Shown: positions 1 to 13,980, counted from the stretch's first letter. The stretch: DNA of 64,000 bases from Octopus vulgaris (GCA_951406725.2 OX597816.1:45756001-45820000); one strand, 5' to 3'. The notes: generated by a model not told the origin, from the letters alone. A program made the numbers and translations.

Positions 1-340
1 TAAATGAAACATGGAACACAATGAGGATGAGAGAAAAACAGTACAAGAGGGATCAGATGTAGTGCACAAGAAAACAGTACTGGTATGGACAAGTGGAAGA
101 TGGCAGTTGGAAAGAAAAAAAGTGCTAAGCAGCAACATCTGAGAACAATTTCAGCAGTAACCAAAAACTGAACACCAAGTCCAGCAGCGCAAGCTACAGT
201 GATTTGCCTATCTTCAGCAGGATGAGTACCAAAAGACTACCACACCAACTTTTGTGGCAGCAGCAACCCAAGCACTACAGAATCCAGTGCAGCGCACCAA
301 AGACATAGGCAAAACAAATTGAGGAAGAGCTGAAGTACTT
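1..340 (+). mobile_element. Decayed RTE-clade LINE fragment (C-terminal ORF)
   Basis: Broken frames read QVQQRKLQ*F..SRMSTKRLPHQLLW...APKT*AKQIEEELK, resembling the RTE RRLRWFGHV.RM...RLP.QLL...PKTW pattern. Confidence 0.55.
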
Positions 341-1091
341 ATGAAGTTACGGATGACATAAACAAACCGATACCAGTTTCCAAGCACTGGTCACAAACAG
401 TCTCTTTCTGTCAAATCTAGGCTTTAGTCAGCCCAAGGCTATATAGTAGGAGATACTTGCCCAAGATGCCATGCAGTGAAACCATATAATTGGGAAGCTG
501 CATGTGGTTGTCCATGTAGCTGGGAAGCTGCATGTAATTTCAAGCAGACATAGATAACCTCTAAATTCTCTCTACCACTCAACACAATGGAATATCAAGG
601 AAGTGACAGTTGAGAGGGCTGTACTCATTTCTACTGAATAGACTGGAGCCACACAAAATGAAATGTCTTGCTCAAGGACACAAACTATCTACTCCAAGAA
701 TTAAACACACAACACCCTAACCACCAGGCCACATGTCTTCATAACACATACATGGCACTAGATTATTTACAAATAACAAAGGTTTCAGTTGACCCAATCA
801 ATGGAACAGTCTGCTCATGAAATTAATGTGGGAGTGGCCGAGCACTCTATAGACACATGTAACATTAATGTGGTTCTCAGAGAGATTCAGTAAGGCACAG
901 AATGTGACAAAGCTGGCCCTTCGAAATACAGGTACTACTCATTTTTGCCAGCTGAGTGAACTGGAGCAATGTGAAATAAAGTGTCTTGCTCAAGGACACA
1001 ATGCAATGTCTATATGAAACGCAGGACCTTACAATCATGAAATGAATACCCTAACCAGTAAGCCAAGCATTGTCACAACATATATGCAAGT

Positions 1092-1397
1092 GGAGGCACA
1101 TGGCCTAGTGGTTAGAGCAGCGGGCTCGCAGTCGAGGGATCGCCAGTTCGAATCTCAGACCGGTGATGTGTGTATTTATGAGCGAAACACCTAATCTCCA
1201 TGCAGTTCTGGCAGAAGGTAATGGCAAAGTTCTGCTGACTCTTTCGCCACAACTTTCTCTCACTCTTTCCTCCTGCATCTTGCAGCTCACCAGCGACGGA
1301 CCGACGTCCCATCCAGGTGGGGAACCTATACGCCAAGGAAACTGGGAAACTGGCCCTTATGAGCCAGGCATGGCTTGAGAAGGAACAAACAAACAAC
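1092..1397 (+). mobile_element. tRNA-headed SINE, family C
   Basis: A box TGGCCTAGTGG, B box GTTCGAATC, (CAAA/CAA)n tail; a closely similar copy lies at 47501-47797 and a partial one at ~44869-45012. Confidence 0.8.
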
Positions 1398-1450
1398 ATA
1401 CATGCAATTACACACAGACACACACAGAGGCACCTTTATAGGTATAAATA

Positions 1451-1665
1451 TCATTTAACGTCCATGTTTTCACGCTGGCATGGGTTGGAAGGTTTGACAA
1501 AGATCCAAAGAGTTAAAGGACTGCATCATACTCCTGTGTCTACTTTGGCATGGTTTCTGCAGGTGGATGCCCTTCCTAATGCCAACCACTTTACAGTGTG
1601 TAGTGGGTGCTTTTTTTTTTCATACCACCAGCACTACTGGGGTCACCATGTAACTAGCAAGTCAA
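1451..1665 (-). mobile_element. Non-autonomous RTE-like element, family D (diverged)
   Basis: Shares the GGATGCCCTTCCTAATGCCAACCAC core and the CATTTAACGTCC...CATGGGTTGG terminus with other family D copies. Confidence 0.65.
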
Positions 1666-1738
1666 AACACACACATACACATCCTGTGCAGCTGGTACCA
1701 GTATGGAAAATAAATATTAAATATTGATGATCACACAC

Positions 1739-1772
<34 letters not shown>

Positions 1773-2266
1773 CACAAAGAGAATCAAAAGAAGAAAACAG
1801 GAACATCTGCAACAAATTAAGCTTTTATCAAAATGATAATGTGGATAAACTTGTCTAATTTTGTGGAAACCATTTTCAGAAACTATAATTTAATAAAAAA
1901 ATATCTAACATAGGTAATGTTTCTGTGGCACAATTTACTTGACCTAATCAATCCAATATAATATATATATAATTACTGACTTGAAAGAAACTAGTTTAGG
2001 AAATACATTCTAAGTAATTATCTCTTCAAACATTATTTTTCCCCCCTCCACCCCTCCCTCAACTCTCTCTTTCTCTCTCTGGTAGAAATGACTGCGCAGC
2101 AGAGAAGAATTTTTGATTGCTGATTATGATTCTCAGATTTTAGGTTCAAATTAAATTATAAGCAGTGCGTGCGCACGCGCATATGCACTACATTTCAACA
2201 GTAAACAATATTTTTTTTGCAGAATGTCAATCATGAAGGTAAAACTGTGAATACTTCTATGCATAT

Positions 2267-2678
2267 ACTCTTACTCTTTTACTTGTTTCAGTCATTTGAC
2301 TGTGGCGATGCTGTAGCACCGCCCTTTAATCGAGCGAATCGACCCCAGGACTTATTCTTTGTAAGCCTAGTACTTATTCTAACGGTCTCTTTTGTCGAAC
2401 CGCTAAGTTACAGGCACGTAAACACACCAGCATCGGTTGCCAAGCGATGTTGGGGGATAAACACAGACACAAATATATATACACACAAACACTCACATTC
2501 ATACATACATATATACGACGGGCTTCTTTTAGTTTCCATCTACCAAATTCACTCACAAGGCTTTGGTTGGCCCGAGGCTATAGTAGAAGACACTTACCCA
2601 AGGTGCCACGCAGTAGGACTGAACCCGGGACCATGTGGTTGGTAAGCAAGCTACTTACCACACAGCCACTCTTACACC
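2267..2678 (-). mobile_element. tRNA-headed SINE, family A (most abundant; internal microsatellite)
   Basis: Minus strand: A box TGGCTGTGTGG, B box GGGTTCAGTCC, CORE-like CCTTGGGYAAGTGTCTT, internal TA/CA tract, 3' end CAGTCAAATGACTGAAACAAGTAAAAGAG; more than 15 copies in the window. Confidence 0.85.
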
Positions 2679-3666
2679 TATATTTGCGTATATGCACGTG
2701 TGTGTGTGTGTGCTATTGTTGTTTTTAGTCCATGGAATGTGACTGTTGTTGTTTGACCCCAAGCCAAATTTGATCAATCTTCTACTCCACAGTATTGAGG
2801 ACTAGATTATACAATGCATCTTTCCTTTAAGATAAGACGGAGAGATTTGAGTGAGATCTGGCTGCTAGTTGAAAATGGGAGGGTTAGCAACAAGGAGAGC
2901 ACTCCGGTCATATAAAAATCCATCTCAGCAAATTTGTCCAACCCATGAAAGCATTGAAAAGTAGGCATTAAAATTACAACGATGATAAATTTACTGAATT
3001 AGAAAAGGGACCCACTGAACAATGCAGACCTGGGATACCCGCACACAAGAAAAAGATGAGATTATTGGCTAGATCATCTTAAAACTTAGGCCTGCTTAAT
3101 CAACACAGACCTCAGGCTAAACAATATCAACAACTAATATTTGTCAAGACAAGGGTGCTTAATGTTCCCAGTCATCTTACTAGATAAAAGCAGTAAATTA
3201 AACCCTGTTATTTAAAAAAGAGTAGGACCCAATGTATTGTAGTGCAGCCATTGATGCTGTACATTACCTGAAAAAAAAAAAATTTTTTTTTTTTAAAACA
3301 AAGAAAAGATTTGATTGATCATGGCTTGCATGCTTTTCCTTGTATGTCTGTTTGTCTATTCAGTTAGAGATGAATTGAAGCTAAACAATCTCTCTCTAAA
3401 CACATACACACACTATCTGAAGTTATATTATACTATGCATGAGAGAGAGAGAGACAGACAGACAGACAGAGAGAGAGACAGACAGACAGAGAGACTAGAA
3501 ACTTGAAGAAAGTAATAATGATAGAAAATAAAGTAATAATGACAGATGAAAGGGAGAGTCAGAAGAGAAGAGGCAGAAGAGGAAAAAGGAGGTAAGAAAG
3601 GAGAGAAGAGGAAAGACAAGAGGCAGACAGACAGAAAGAGAGAAAGAACAGGAGCTGGAACAGATA

Positions 3667-3710
<44 letters not shown>

Positions 3711-5149
3711 CTAAGTGGTTGGGTGAGACTAAGTGACAGAAAAGATCTGAGAAAAAGAGAGAGAAACACACAGGGTGTTTCGGTAGACAACAAACACATA
3801 CGACCAATAATAGCATGGAATAAATGAATGATTGTGAAGATTTATCTTTAACAGATCATTTCAGCTAGTAAAACCAATGCCAGACTAACAAACACTTAGT
3901 GTGTTATTTCTACTGGTAAATTTTCACTCCAGTCATCAACTGTCTCATCAGCAGACTTTCTCATTGACCATTTTCTAATTCCCAAACTCTCCAGCTCATC
4001 AAGAGACAGCTTCCTCTTCAAAGACAAACTATTCAATCAAACCAAGTTCTGAAAACGGTGGTTTGCTTCTATTATATCTACAGTCGAAAATGATTTCTAA
4101 TATCCACTTTGCCATACCGAGCAGCTTTTGTTCTTCAGAGGGGAAAGAAATTCCTCCTATCTGTTACTTTTACAACTGAAAACACTTTTGGTCTGTCTAT
4201 CTATTTATCTCAGCCAATTATCATCACTATTGCTGCCTAGAAGCCTCTCTATGTTATAAACAGATTCATTTCACCAGTTTTATCAAGTGTGTGTGTTTGT
4301 GTGCATTCTGATGCCTAAGCAGATGTGAACAGACAGAGACACCCTATCACTTTTCTTTATCTCTCTCTCTCTTTCTCTCTCTCTCTCTCACACACACGCT
4401 TGACCCAGTGAAACATTGAAGATGTAGCTCTTGGAAAAAGAATAAAACTATGTCAGCACTAGGCTGATTCTCAATTTTCTGATGAGCAGAGTAGTACTGC
4501 AAAGTGAAATGAAATTATTTGCTCAAAGATACAGTGCACTGTCTGGTCAAAGAATTGAACCCACAACTTCCTGACTGTGATTCCAACACTAAACCACTTG
4601 TCCACACACCTTCACCGAAACAAAAAAAGCCATGCTTGCAAGTGATAGCTACAACATACACACACAGTCAAGCACTAAGTAATGGATCACTCACTACACT
4701 TAAGTATCATCTTTATTATAACAAGGAGAGAGATGACAGCAAACTTCAATGTTTCACCAATTGTGACTTTATTCAGAGAGTTTGACAAAGCCATGATCTT
4801 GGAGTACTGGACAAGTTGAGAAGTGGTTAATTTATAATTCATATTCTGCCAAAACACTGCATTGTTTCAAGCCCCAGGGATCAAGAGTGACACTTAGTTT
4901 TAAGTAAATCTCATGTGCATAGTGACACTAGAAGGTCACATCTTTGTTGCAGTGTGCTTCGATGGCCATGAGTCATGGCAGCACTGTGTAAGCTACTGGT
5001 AGGCTGCTTATGCTGGATAGGCCAAAGGATAGAAACCAGAGTAATACAGATCACCTCTTCCCTGAGGTAAAAATGGGCTTGCATAGGTCCAACACCTGGA
5101 CAAAAGCAAAGTTACAGAAGCATTGATGGCAATTCAACACCAACAAGAC

Positions 5150-5420
5150 ATGGGAGAGTAAGGCTTTCCCTCGGGGAAACATGATGCAGTACAGCATAAA
5201 AATCAACATCCAGCATTGCATGTCAAGCCCTCCTGACCTGGAACCCACAAGGAACGCAGGAGTGAGGACACACTAAAAATAACTAGAGGTGGGATACTGA
5301 AGCAACACTGAAAAAGCAGGGATCTAACTGGAGAAGCAGAAAAGACAACCCAGAGTTGAGAACTGTGGAGAAACATTGTCAATGACGTATGCTCCATATG
5401 GAGCAAAGGGTTTAAATAAC
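5150..5420 (+). mobile_element. Decayed RTE-clade LINE 3' end
   Basis: Reads SIACQALLTWNPQG..., matching the RTE C-terminal ITRQALTWNPQGKRKRGRP pattern, with stops and frameshifts. Confidence 0.65.
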
Positions 5421-5546
5421 TAAATGTATACTCTAAGCAACTATGTGTAATCATGTTTTTGATACTAAGTTCAATCCTTCTCACAGAAAAGACATAACCA
5501 GTATGATGTTGTATCACTGTGGAATATTTACCATTCTCCTTTTTAA

Positions 5547-5750
5547 CCTTTTTGTTATAATACATTAGTTGAAATACTCTTTTTGTTTCAATTAATTTTG
5601 GTAATAGTAAAATAACCTAGTCATAATTAAGCTGGAATTAGGAGCATAATTTAACATGAATGCCTGATGGAAGGTTTTAATTTAAATCACTTCAAAACGG
5701 GAAGTATCAGAGGATTATGGCAGGTCGCAGGCAGATAAGTATCAAAAGGG
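5547..5750. mobile_element. piggyBac-type MITE-1 (diverged)
   Basis: TTAA flanks, CC...GGG termini, internal similarity to 10732-10952. Confidence 0.6.
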
Positions 5751-5870
5751 TTAATGCCACAAGTAATCTGATCTATTGATCCTTGTTCTCTAGAACAAAC
5801 TATTTTAAGCATTACTTTTGATGAAAAATGGACTATTAGAAGCTAAAAAAAATTTTGAAATGCCCTGTAG

Positions 5871-6225
5871 GAACAGGAATGGCTGTGTGGTAAGAAGCTT
5901 CCCAACCACATGGTTCTGATCTGGGTTCAGTTCCACTGCATAGCACTTTAAGCAAGTGTCTTCTACTACAGTCTCAAACCAACCAGAGCCTTATGAGTGC
6001 ATTTGGGAGACAGAAACTGAAAGAACCCCATTGTATATGCACACACACACACACACACATTGGTGTTCATGTCCCCGTAACTTAGCAGTTTGGCAAAAGA
6101 CTGATAGAATAAGTCCTGGGCTTTAAAAACAAAAAAGTCCTGGGGGTCAGTCTTTTTTTTACTAAAACCTTTCCTTTCAGGACAGTACTCCAGCATGGGC
6201 TCAGTCAAATGACTGAAACAAGTAA
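5871..6225 (+). mobile_element. SINE family A
   Basis: Same head, core and TGACTGAAACAAGTAAA tail as 2267-2678. Confidence 0.75.
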
Positions 6226-7196
6226 AAAAAAAATAGAGTTTGAAATTACTGGCGAATATAGCTTACAAGGTATTGGTAACAGATATAAATGTAGAAGCTC
6301 GGACCTAGTGACTGCAAAGTGTTATATCATAAACACAAAGCTTTGCTAGTTGATACACCTTGTGGAGTGGTGGAGATAACATGATAAGAGGTGACAACTG
6401 GCTCACAACCAACCACATTAATTTGCTCAGAAACAAAAGGTTGCAGAGAAGGAGGCTGGAGGAGGAGGAGGAGGAAAAGGAGAGAGAGAAGAAGAGGTAG
6501 ATGTGAAAAACAAGGAGAAACAGACATCTATTCAAGATTCCCTCCAAAGCTAAAAGTACTCAAGATCAAAAGATTGGCTCTTCCAGCTTTATTTAGGTGT
6601 ATGTGTGAGGAAGAGAGAGGGAGAGAGGGAGAAAGAGAGAGAGAGACAGACAGACAGACAGAGACACACACAGAGCATGGAGGATTGAAGTCAAGTGTTT
6701 GGAGAATGGTAGTGGGGGAAGGGGAGAGACACGCACCTACCTATCAACTGGCTACTTACTCCCTGCTCTTCCCTCCACCCCACACAACTGAAAGAGGGAA
6801 AGGCAGAGAGAGAGAGACACAGGGATAGAAAGGTGGGGGGTTAGAACAGAGGATGTTGCAAAATATAAACAAGAGTTTTATTGCTCTGCTATTTGTAAAT
6901 ATACCATGGCTGTTATCACCTGTTTACACAAGATTTCATTCTCCATCCCCCCACCCCGCCAACACTTCTTCCTCACCTTCCAATGAGCTACAGTAAGTGG
7001 TTCACACATTTTATTGAATGTATACACACATACACACGTATATACATACACACACACACATACATACATACATACATATAAATAAATATGTAAGTATATA
7101 AATGCAGATGTTAATGATTCAAGCATATTAATGCATTACTGTAAGCAGATAGGCACAGACACAATTATATCTTGATTGAAAGGAAAAGAAACTCTA

Positions 7197-7197
7197 C

Positions 7198-7230
<33 letters not shown>

Positions 7231-7260
7231 GATGGATGGATGTATGGATGGATGGATGTG

Positions 7261-7312
<52 letters not shown>

Positions 7313-7327
7313 TACATATACATATAC

Positions 7328-7372
<45 letters not shown>

Positions 7373-8074
7373 CATATATATATACATATATATATACACA
7401 TATATATACATATATATATACACATATACATATACATATATACATATACATATATACATATACATATATACATACATATATACATATACACATACATATA
7501 TATATATGTATATATACATATATATATACATATATATATACATATATATATATGTATATATACATATATATATACATATATATATATATACATATATATA
7601 TACATATATATGTATATATACATATATATATATACATATATATATACATATATATATATGTATATATACATATATATATACATATATATATATATGTATA
7701 TATACATATATATATACATATATATATATGTATATATACATATATATATATGTATATATACATATATATACATATATATATATGTATATATACATATATA
7801 TATACATATATATATACATGTATATATACATATATATATACATATATATATACATGTATATATACATATATATATACATATATATATACATGTATATATA
7901 CATATATATATACATACATATATACATACATATATACATACATATATACATACATATATATATACATATATATATACATATATATATACATATATATATA
8001 CATATATATATACATATATATATACATATATATATATACATATATATATATACATATATATATACATATATATA

Positions 8075-8108
<34 letters not shown>

Positions 8109-8171
8109 TATACATATATATATATATACATATACATATACATATATACATATACATATATATACATATAC

Positions 8172-8210
<39 letters not shown>

Positions 8211-8225
8211 CACACACACAAACAC
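7197..8225. repeat. ~1 kb compound microsatellite: (GT)n, (GGAT)n, then (TA)n interrupted by CA/TG
   Basis: Directly visible; source of the six 340-380 aa I/Y/H/M/C ORFs. Confidence 0.97.
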
Positions 8226-9045
8226 ACGGATGTGAATTTGTCTGTGTGTATGTTCCCAGATGAATGCAAGTATGTGTATATATATATATATAAGCAAGAC
8301 TTGCTTATACACTATATAATGTGCACAAGAAAACACACATATATACTCTCTCTTTCTCTCTTTCTCTCTCTCTGATGATAGAGACCCATAACGCCATCAA
8401 AAGCCATTTATTACTAAATTGCTGTTAACATCTCACTAATATCTAGCACTTGGAGTTGCTACTTGAGAGATACATTAAATAAACACCCGTACAACCCTAA
8501 ACACTCACTTCGCTCTTGTATGAGAAAGGGAGGAGGTGTAAAATTGACAAAGGGAGGGGGTGGAAAAGAGAGAGAGAGAGAGAGAGAAAGAAAGAGAGAG
8601 AGAAGGAGAGAGAAGGGAGAAAAGCTTTTAAGGTCCAAGTCTATACCAGGAAACAAGGTCCTTATCTCTTCAAGAATCATCCCTTCGCCCCTTTATTTCC
8701 AATTCTAAACATTTAAAATACAATGTATACACCTTTGCTGAACTCCAGTTTGAAAAAAAATAAACAAATAAGAAGAATGACAATTAATAATGAATTTAAA
8801 AGAGTGTTTATCAACCCCTGACAGCTGTAGGTTATATATGCATACATATAAACAGCAGGTAACATTATCTTAGACAGCAGTGAAATACACATGTGCACAC
8901 AGTTTGCAATGTAATTTATACCTTTTTAATAAGCATACAATTTAATATGCATTCAAACAATTAATTAAATATATATTAATTAATGCAATATATTAACACA
9001 GTTTTATATATATGTGTGTGGTATATATATATATATTATATGTGT

Positions 9046-9350
9046 GGAGGCGCAATGGCCCAGTGGTTAGGGCAGCAAACTCACGGTCGTAGGATTGTGG
9101 TTTCGATTCCCAGACCAGGCGTTGTGAGTGTTTATTGAGTGAAAACACCTAAAGCTCCACGAGGCTCCGGCAGGGAGTGGTGGCGATCCCTGCTGTACTC
9201 TTTCGCCACAACTTTCTCTCATTTTTTCTTCTGTTGGCCTGCTCGCTTAGCCAACGGGGTGGCGTCATTTGAAGGCTAAAACAATGCTAAGCGCATTGTG
9301 ACCAGCGATGTGTAGCAACATCTGATAGCCTGGTCGGTCACAGTGATGAT
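9046..9350 (+). mobile_element. SINE family C variant with a different 3' half
   Basis: Head GGAGGCGCAATGGCCCAGTGGTTAGGGC...GGTTTCGATTCC; shares CTCTTTCGCCACAACTTTCTCTCA with the 1092 copy, then diverges to TTGGCCTGCTCGCTTAGCC...GGTCAC. Confidence 0.75.
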
Positions 9351-9351
9351 A

Positions 9352-9367
<16 letters not shown>

Positions 9368-9383
<16 letters not shown>

Positions 9384-9792
9384 AATTGTGTACAGTGCTC
9401 AGGTGCACTACAACTCATCTAAAGTGTATATATAATCAGGTGTAGTTTCGGCGGATTTCGGAAAGCATGAGGGCCTTAAAGGATGCAGTGTCATGGCAGT
9501 CAACAACTGACGCAGGCAGTTTATTCCATGCTTCAGCAACTCTGAGCGTGAAAAAATGTTTCCGAAAGTCATGGGAGCTGTGTTGTTTTCTGACTTTGTA
9601 GGCATGTCCACGTGTGTTAGACACATGGAGATCAAAAAGGTGTTCAGTGTTGTTGTTGGTGAGGTGGTTGAGAACTTTGTGGGTGTTTACCAAGTCCGTC
9701 GCCAGAAGCCGGAGCTTCAGTGAATCCATGCCCAGGGAAACAAGGCGCTCAGAATATGGTAGGTGTCTGATGGAGGGTATGCGTTTGGTTGC
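9368..9792 (-). mobile_element. 5'-truncated CR1-type LINE 3' end
   Basis: ORF ATKRIPSIRHLPYSERLVSLGMDSL..TRGHAYKV..RKHFFTLRVAEAWNKLP is the typical CR1 ORF2 C-terminus; stop at 9438-9436, short 3' UTR, (ATT)n tail. Confidence 0.88.
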
Positions 9793-9816
9793 ACACACAC
9801 ACACACACACACACAC

Positions 9817-10195
9817 AGGTACAAGTGTGGCTGATTTTCAAACCACATGGTTTCAAGTTCAGTCCCACTACATGGTACTTCTACTAAAGCTTTGGGCCGA
9901 CCTAAACCTTGTGAGGGGATTTGGAAGACAGAAATTAAAAGAAGCCAGTCATGTGTGTATGTGTCTTTGTGTTTATGTTTGTGCCCTACCATCCCTTGAC
10001 AACCAGTGTTGGTGTGTTTATGTCCCCATAACTTGGCAGTTCAGCACAAGAGTGCCAGTAGAATAAGTACCAGGCTTAACAAAAAACAAAAAAACTAATA
10101 AAAAATGGCGTCGATTAATTCAACTAAAAGCACTTCAAGGAAGTGCCCCAGCATGGACATAGTCTAATGACTGAAACAAGTGAAATAAAAGATAA
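9817..10195 (+). mobile_element. SINE family A (diverged)
   Basis: Recognisable core and TGACTGAAACAAG tail. Confidence 0.7.
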
Positions 10196-10731
10196 ATATA
10201 TAAAGTTCACTTTGCAACTAAAAGTTTCCAGGTTCAGTTCCACTGTATGGCACCTTCACCAAGTGTCTTCAAATATAGAACCAACCAAAGACTTGTGAAT
10301 GAATTTCATAAAAGGAAACTGTACAAAGTCAGCCACATGTGCATGTATATACACATTTAACTGAGTCACATTTTGTTTAATGCTATCTTGTATATGGCAC
10401 AGAGGGTCACCCCACAAACCTCCTTTATTGTTTATAGAGACATCATGCTGCCCAGTTTAATGGTACATCTTGATCCATGGATACTTTAAACAGAGTCTGC
10501 TCAATTGTAAACATCTGAACCAAGCTCCCAGTCAGAGTTAACCATGACTCCACAGTATGCCAACATCCTCTACTCTTCCTAAGATGACGAAATATAAAAC
10601 CAAAATGTTGAAGAATTCTCCCTCCTTTTCTCTAATGTCTAAGGATTATGATCCAACTAAGAACCCACACATCACCTCTTTACTAACACACAAACCACAC
10701 ATTCCTTTCCTCTCTTTGACATATCTCTTAA

Positions 10732-10952
10732 CCCTTTTGTTACTGTATTTATTTTGAGATGCTCTGTGTTTCTTTCAATTATTTTAAATATAACAAAGAA
10801 TTTACTAAAATAGCATCGTTACCATTGAGCTAGTTTTAGGAACATAAATTGCGACAAAGGTTTGGTGAAAGATTTTAATTCAAAACTTATGAAAACAAGA
10901 CATTTCTAGTACAGAGCCAGAGCCGGTTTTGGGCGGGTTGGTAACGAAAGGG
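10732..10952. mobile_element. piggyBac-type MITE-1
   Basis: TTAA target duplication on both sides; TIRs CCCTTTTGTTAC / GTAACGAAAGGG; reverse-orientation homologue at 33207-33415. Confidence 0.85.
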
Positions 10953-11550
10953 TTAATCCTTATCTATAAGCCCATCTCCAGGCTGCACTCTTCACTTAAA
11001 CTTTAATCTGAAAGATTATGTTTGAGTATATATAGATTCTACTTTGCCTGTCACTCACCTAAGTTGGATGTCAACAACAAAGACTTCCTTTTGTGTTTTT
11101 TTAGCTGAAAAGTCCTTTTCCTCCACTCCTTCAAAAACCTCTGCTTCCTCTATCCTTCAAACTACTCCAAATACCAACAACATTTTGACCATGTCTTTTC
11201 CTGTGCTTCATTAAAGACAGCCATTTCAGAACATCCTACCCTAAAATCATCATCCTTAACTCATGCTGAAATTTTTAACCAGTTTCATAATCTACTCACA
11301 TCCCTAACTAATCCTAATTTCTTTCTCTAACCTTCACACAAAACATCAGCAAACTATCATCATCTTTGTACCTCTTGGATTGTTCAGCTATGACCTTATC
11401 ACAGCTACCCACATTATAAAACACTGATGCGCCAATAGCCGTTCAAGTCAGATGATAGGTCAGAACTGTGCCAGTTCTAAACTATTTTAGGCCCTTCACA
11501 TTTGATCCATCAAAAACATCTAAGTAGATGATTGAAACTATTTTTGTAGA

Positions 11551-11770
11551 CCTTTTCATACCAACCTGCCTGAGACCACCTCTAGGTCTACGATACAAAA
11601 TTCATGTTTCATGTGATGTAAATTAAAACCTTCCATCAACACGCCATGTCAATTTATGTTCCAAACATGAGTACTATAATGACAAAGTTAGTTTACTAAA
11701 TTCTTCAATAGTTTCAAAATTAAATGAGACAAAGGGAGCGTATTTCAATAAAAATATGGTAACACAGGGG
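11551..11770. mobile_element. piggyBac-type MITE-1 (diverged, opposite orientation to 10732)
   Basis: Internal similarity (TTTACTAAATTCTT, ATACCAACC) and a GGGG-TTAA right end. Confidence 0.6.
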
Positions 11771-12070
11771 TTAAACATACCCTTCAACATCACAAACACA
11801 ACCAAAATTCACAGCTCCAAATCTACCAAGGTGTTTACTCACAGTGGAACAACAACATTTCGGCTACTATAACAAGAGAAAATCATTCACAACTACAAAC
11901 AAGAGAGCTCATGTATAATGCCAGATCTCTTCTGAAACTTACAATTCACAGTCCCATGTGTTTTTCTTTTTATGCAATGGTAGAGTTTTTGATTAAAAGA
12001 ACATCTGGCTTCTATTTCTTGCAGGTAAAAGATCAAGTAATGGTGCACCTTATGTTTGCTCATGGCATAA

Positions 12071-12293
12071 CCCTTTAGCATTTAGATTATTTTGTCAAAT
12101 GTAATGCTTATTTATTCATATTGACTTTAATAAAGCGAGAATTGCCTTGCAGTTTTGAGATTTTGATGATGCAATTTTTTTTAATTTTACAATGACATTG
12201 TAGAGTAGGTGTGAAAGGCTGGCTCTGATCAGTTTGAACATAAAACATGTAGAGTATCTGGATTTGATTTGGCCAGTTTAAATGCTAAAAGGG
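12071..12293. mobile_element. piggyBac-type MITE-2
   Basis: TIRs CCCTTTAGCATTTA / TAAATGCTAAAAGGG, flanked by ATAA and TTAA. Confidence 0.8.
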
Positions 12294-13204
12294 TTAAGAC
12301 ACTGATCCTGAAAAGATTAAAGGGCAATTTTGGCTATGATAGGACTTGATCCCAGATTATGAGAAACATACAGACACTACAAGGCATTTAATCCCACAAA
12401 CACTACAAGGCATTTAATTTTGTCTACCACTCCCCCAAATCCTTTATGTGGAGAAAATGATAAAGGCTGGCTAAAAGTGGTGGTGATGATGAATTAGCTC
12501 TTCTTTTTCTTTTTTAGTTATGTTATTAAGCTGAAAAGTCTTCGAAAGTACTGGAAAAGTTCAGCTATTTTGGAGATTACAACCTAAAATTAATCATTAG
12601 TCAAATGACACAATCTTTTTTCTTTTTCTTAAACCTAAGTAGTAATTGTTTTAATGATATAGCTCTATTATCAGTTGGGTGGTAATGGTGGTCATAAAAG
12701 AAACATGGAGGCTGAAAAAGGAATGATGGGGTGGACAGTAAGCAAATTCTGAATTGACACAACCTTGAGAACAACGGAGCAAACAGCCAGCATGCCAAAT
12801 GTCAATATTATTGTTGACAAAGCGAACATACTAGAATTGCAATCAATTGTTGTTTAACCCAAGGGCAATGATGGTCAAAAGTAGGCCTTATGGTCAAAGA
12901 AGCATTTCAGTAATAAACACCCTGTCGTTTTTAGGGGTATCAAAGGCTACATTATCTACAATGGGTCCTTTCCTTTGTTAAGATGGTAGAGTGAGAGTTG
13001 ATAGAGACTTCACTGCTATTTCTAGCAAGTCAAACAACTATGCAGAGGTCTCTCTTGTTTGCATGAGTTTCATTGGTTAGTTGCCCTGGAAACTTGATAA
13101 CAAAATCAGCAGTAACACCATTTGTTACATTTACTAAGAGGAAAAGGTGCTACTTTGGAGTGTGATCTACTGCAGTATCCATAGTTTAATCTGAGAAATG
13201 ACCT

Positions 13205-13298
13205 GATCTGGGTTGGGATCAGGATTTAGAATTAGGTTTGTGTTTAGGATTAGTTTTGGGTTTAGGGTTAAAGCTACAGTTATAGAATAAGGTTAGAC
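13205..13298 (+). repeat. Degenerate telomere-like (TTAGGN) hexamer tract
   Basis: GGGTTGGGATCAGGATTTAGAATTAGGTTTGTGTTTAGGATTAGTTTTGGGTTTAGGGTTA. Confidence 0.5.
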
Positions 13299-13980
13299 TG
13301 TGCACTATATTGTAAATGGTCAGGCAGACTGCACACTAAAACGGTCCCAAGAAGAATATAGTGAACAGGATCAATAATATATTACATGCACTTATCAATC
13401 AATCCAAGAGATAGAAAAAAGGCAAAGTCTAGGTTGGTTCGATTTGAACTCAGCACATAAATATTTAACTAAAAACTGCAAGCCATTTTGTGACCGTCAC
13501 TCTACCGACTCTGCCAAGAGCAGCAGCAGCCGTAACAGCATTAACAACATAGTGACTTGAGAGAACTTTAAAAAAGGTCATTTAGTGAAATTTTCTGTCT
13601 AGACAAGTGCACTTGCACTTTCACACATCCACAAACATAGACACACTCATGCAACACTTCAGTTATTAATTATAGCTTTTAATGATTTGCAGCTCAAATA
13701 AGCCATAGTCTGCAGATAACAACACTTCAAATATATCTTGTTAATTTTCCATAAGGTGTGTGGGTGTGTTTCAAACCAAAGAGGTGGGTGGCATTTATCC
13801 AGACATCTTTCAACAACCACCTCCTCACAAAGTTAAATAATCTATTTACAAATGTGCTAAGTCATTATATTTATATATTCATATTTAGTGCTACCTGGTC
13901 CTTGGATACCTTTACAAGATCTCACTCTAAAGCACACATCCAAACAAAAGTTTGCATCCATCCCCCACTAATTATTATTA

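Noticed and set aside
1092-1165. Functional tRNA gene
   Set aside because: A and B boxes are present but there is no full cloverleaf, and it continues into a SINE body found in several copies.
7136-8336. Six overlapping 340-380 aa ORFs
   Set aside because: Translations of a TA/CA microsatellite that lacks stop codons; the same applies to ORFs at 17911-19042, 58040-59098 and 59669-60189.
10380-12060. Decayed Penelope-like element hosting the MITEs
   Set aside because: Only faint motif hints (IPFL, YKP); too degraded to support without a search.
12374-12420. Short direct duplication CACTACAAGGCATTTAAT (and TGGGAAGCTGCATGT at ~491-535)
   Set aside because: Ordinary slippage duplications inside old SINE remnants.
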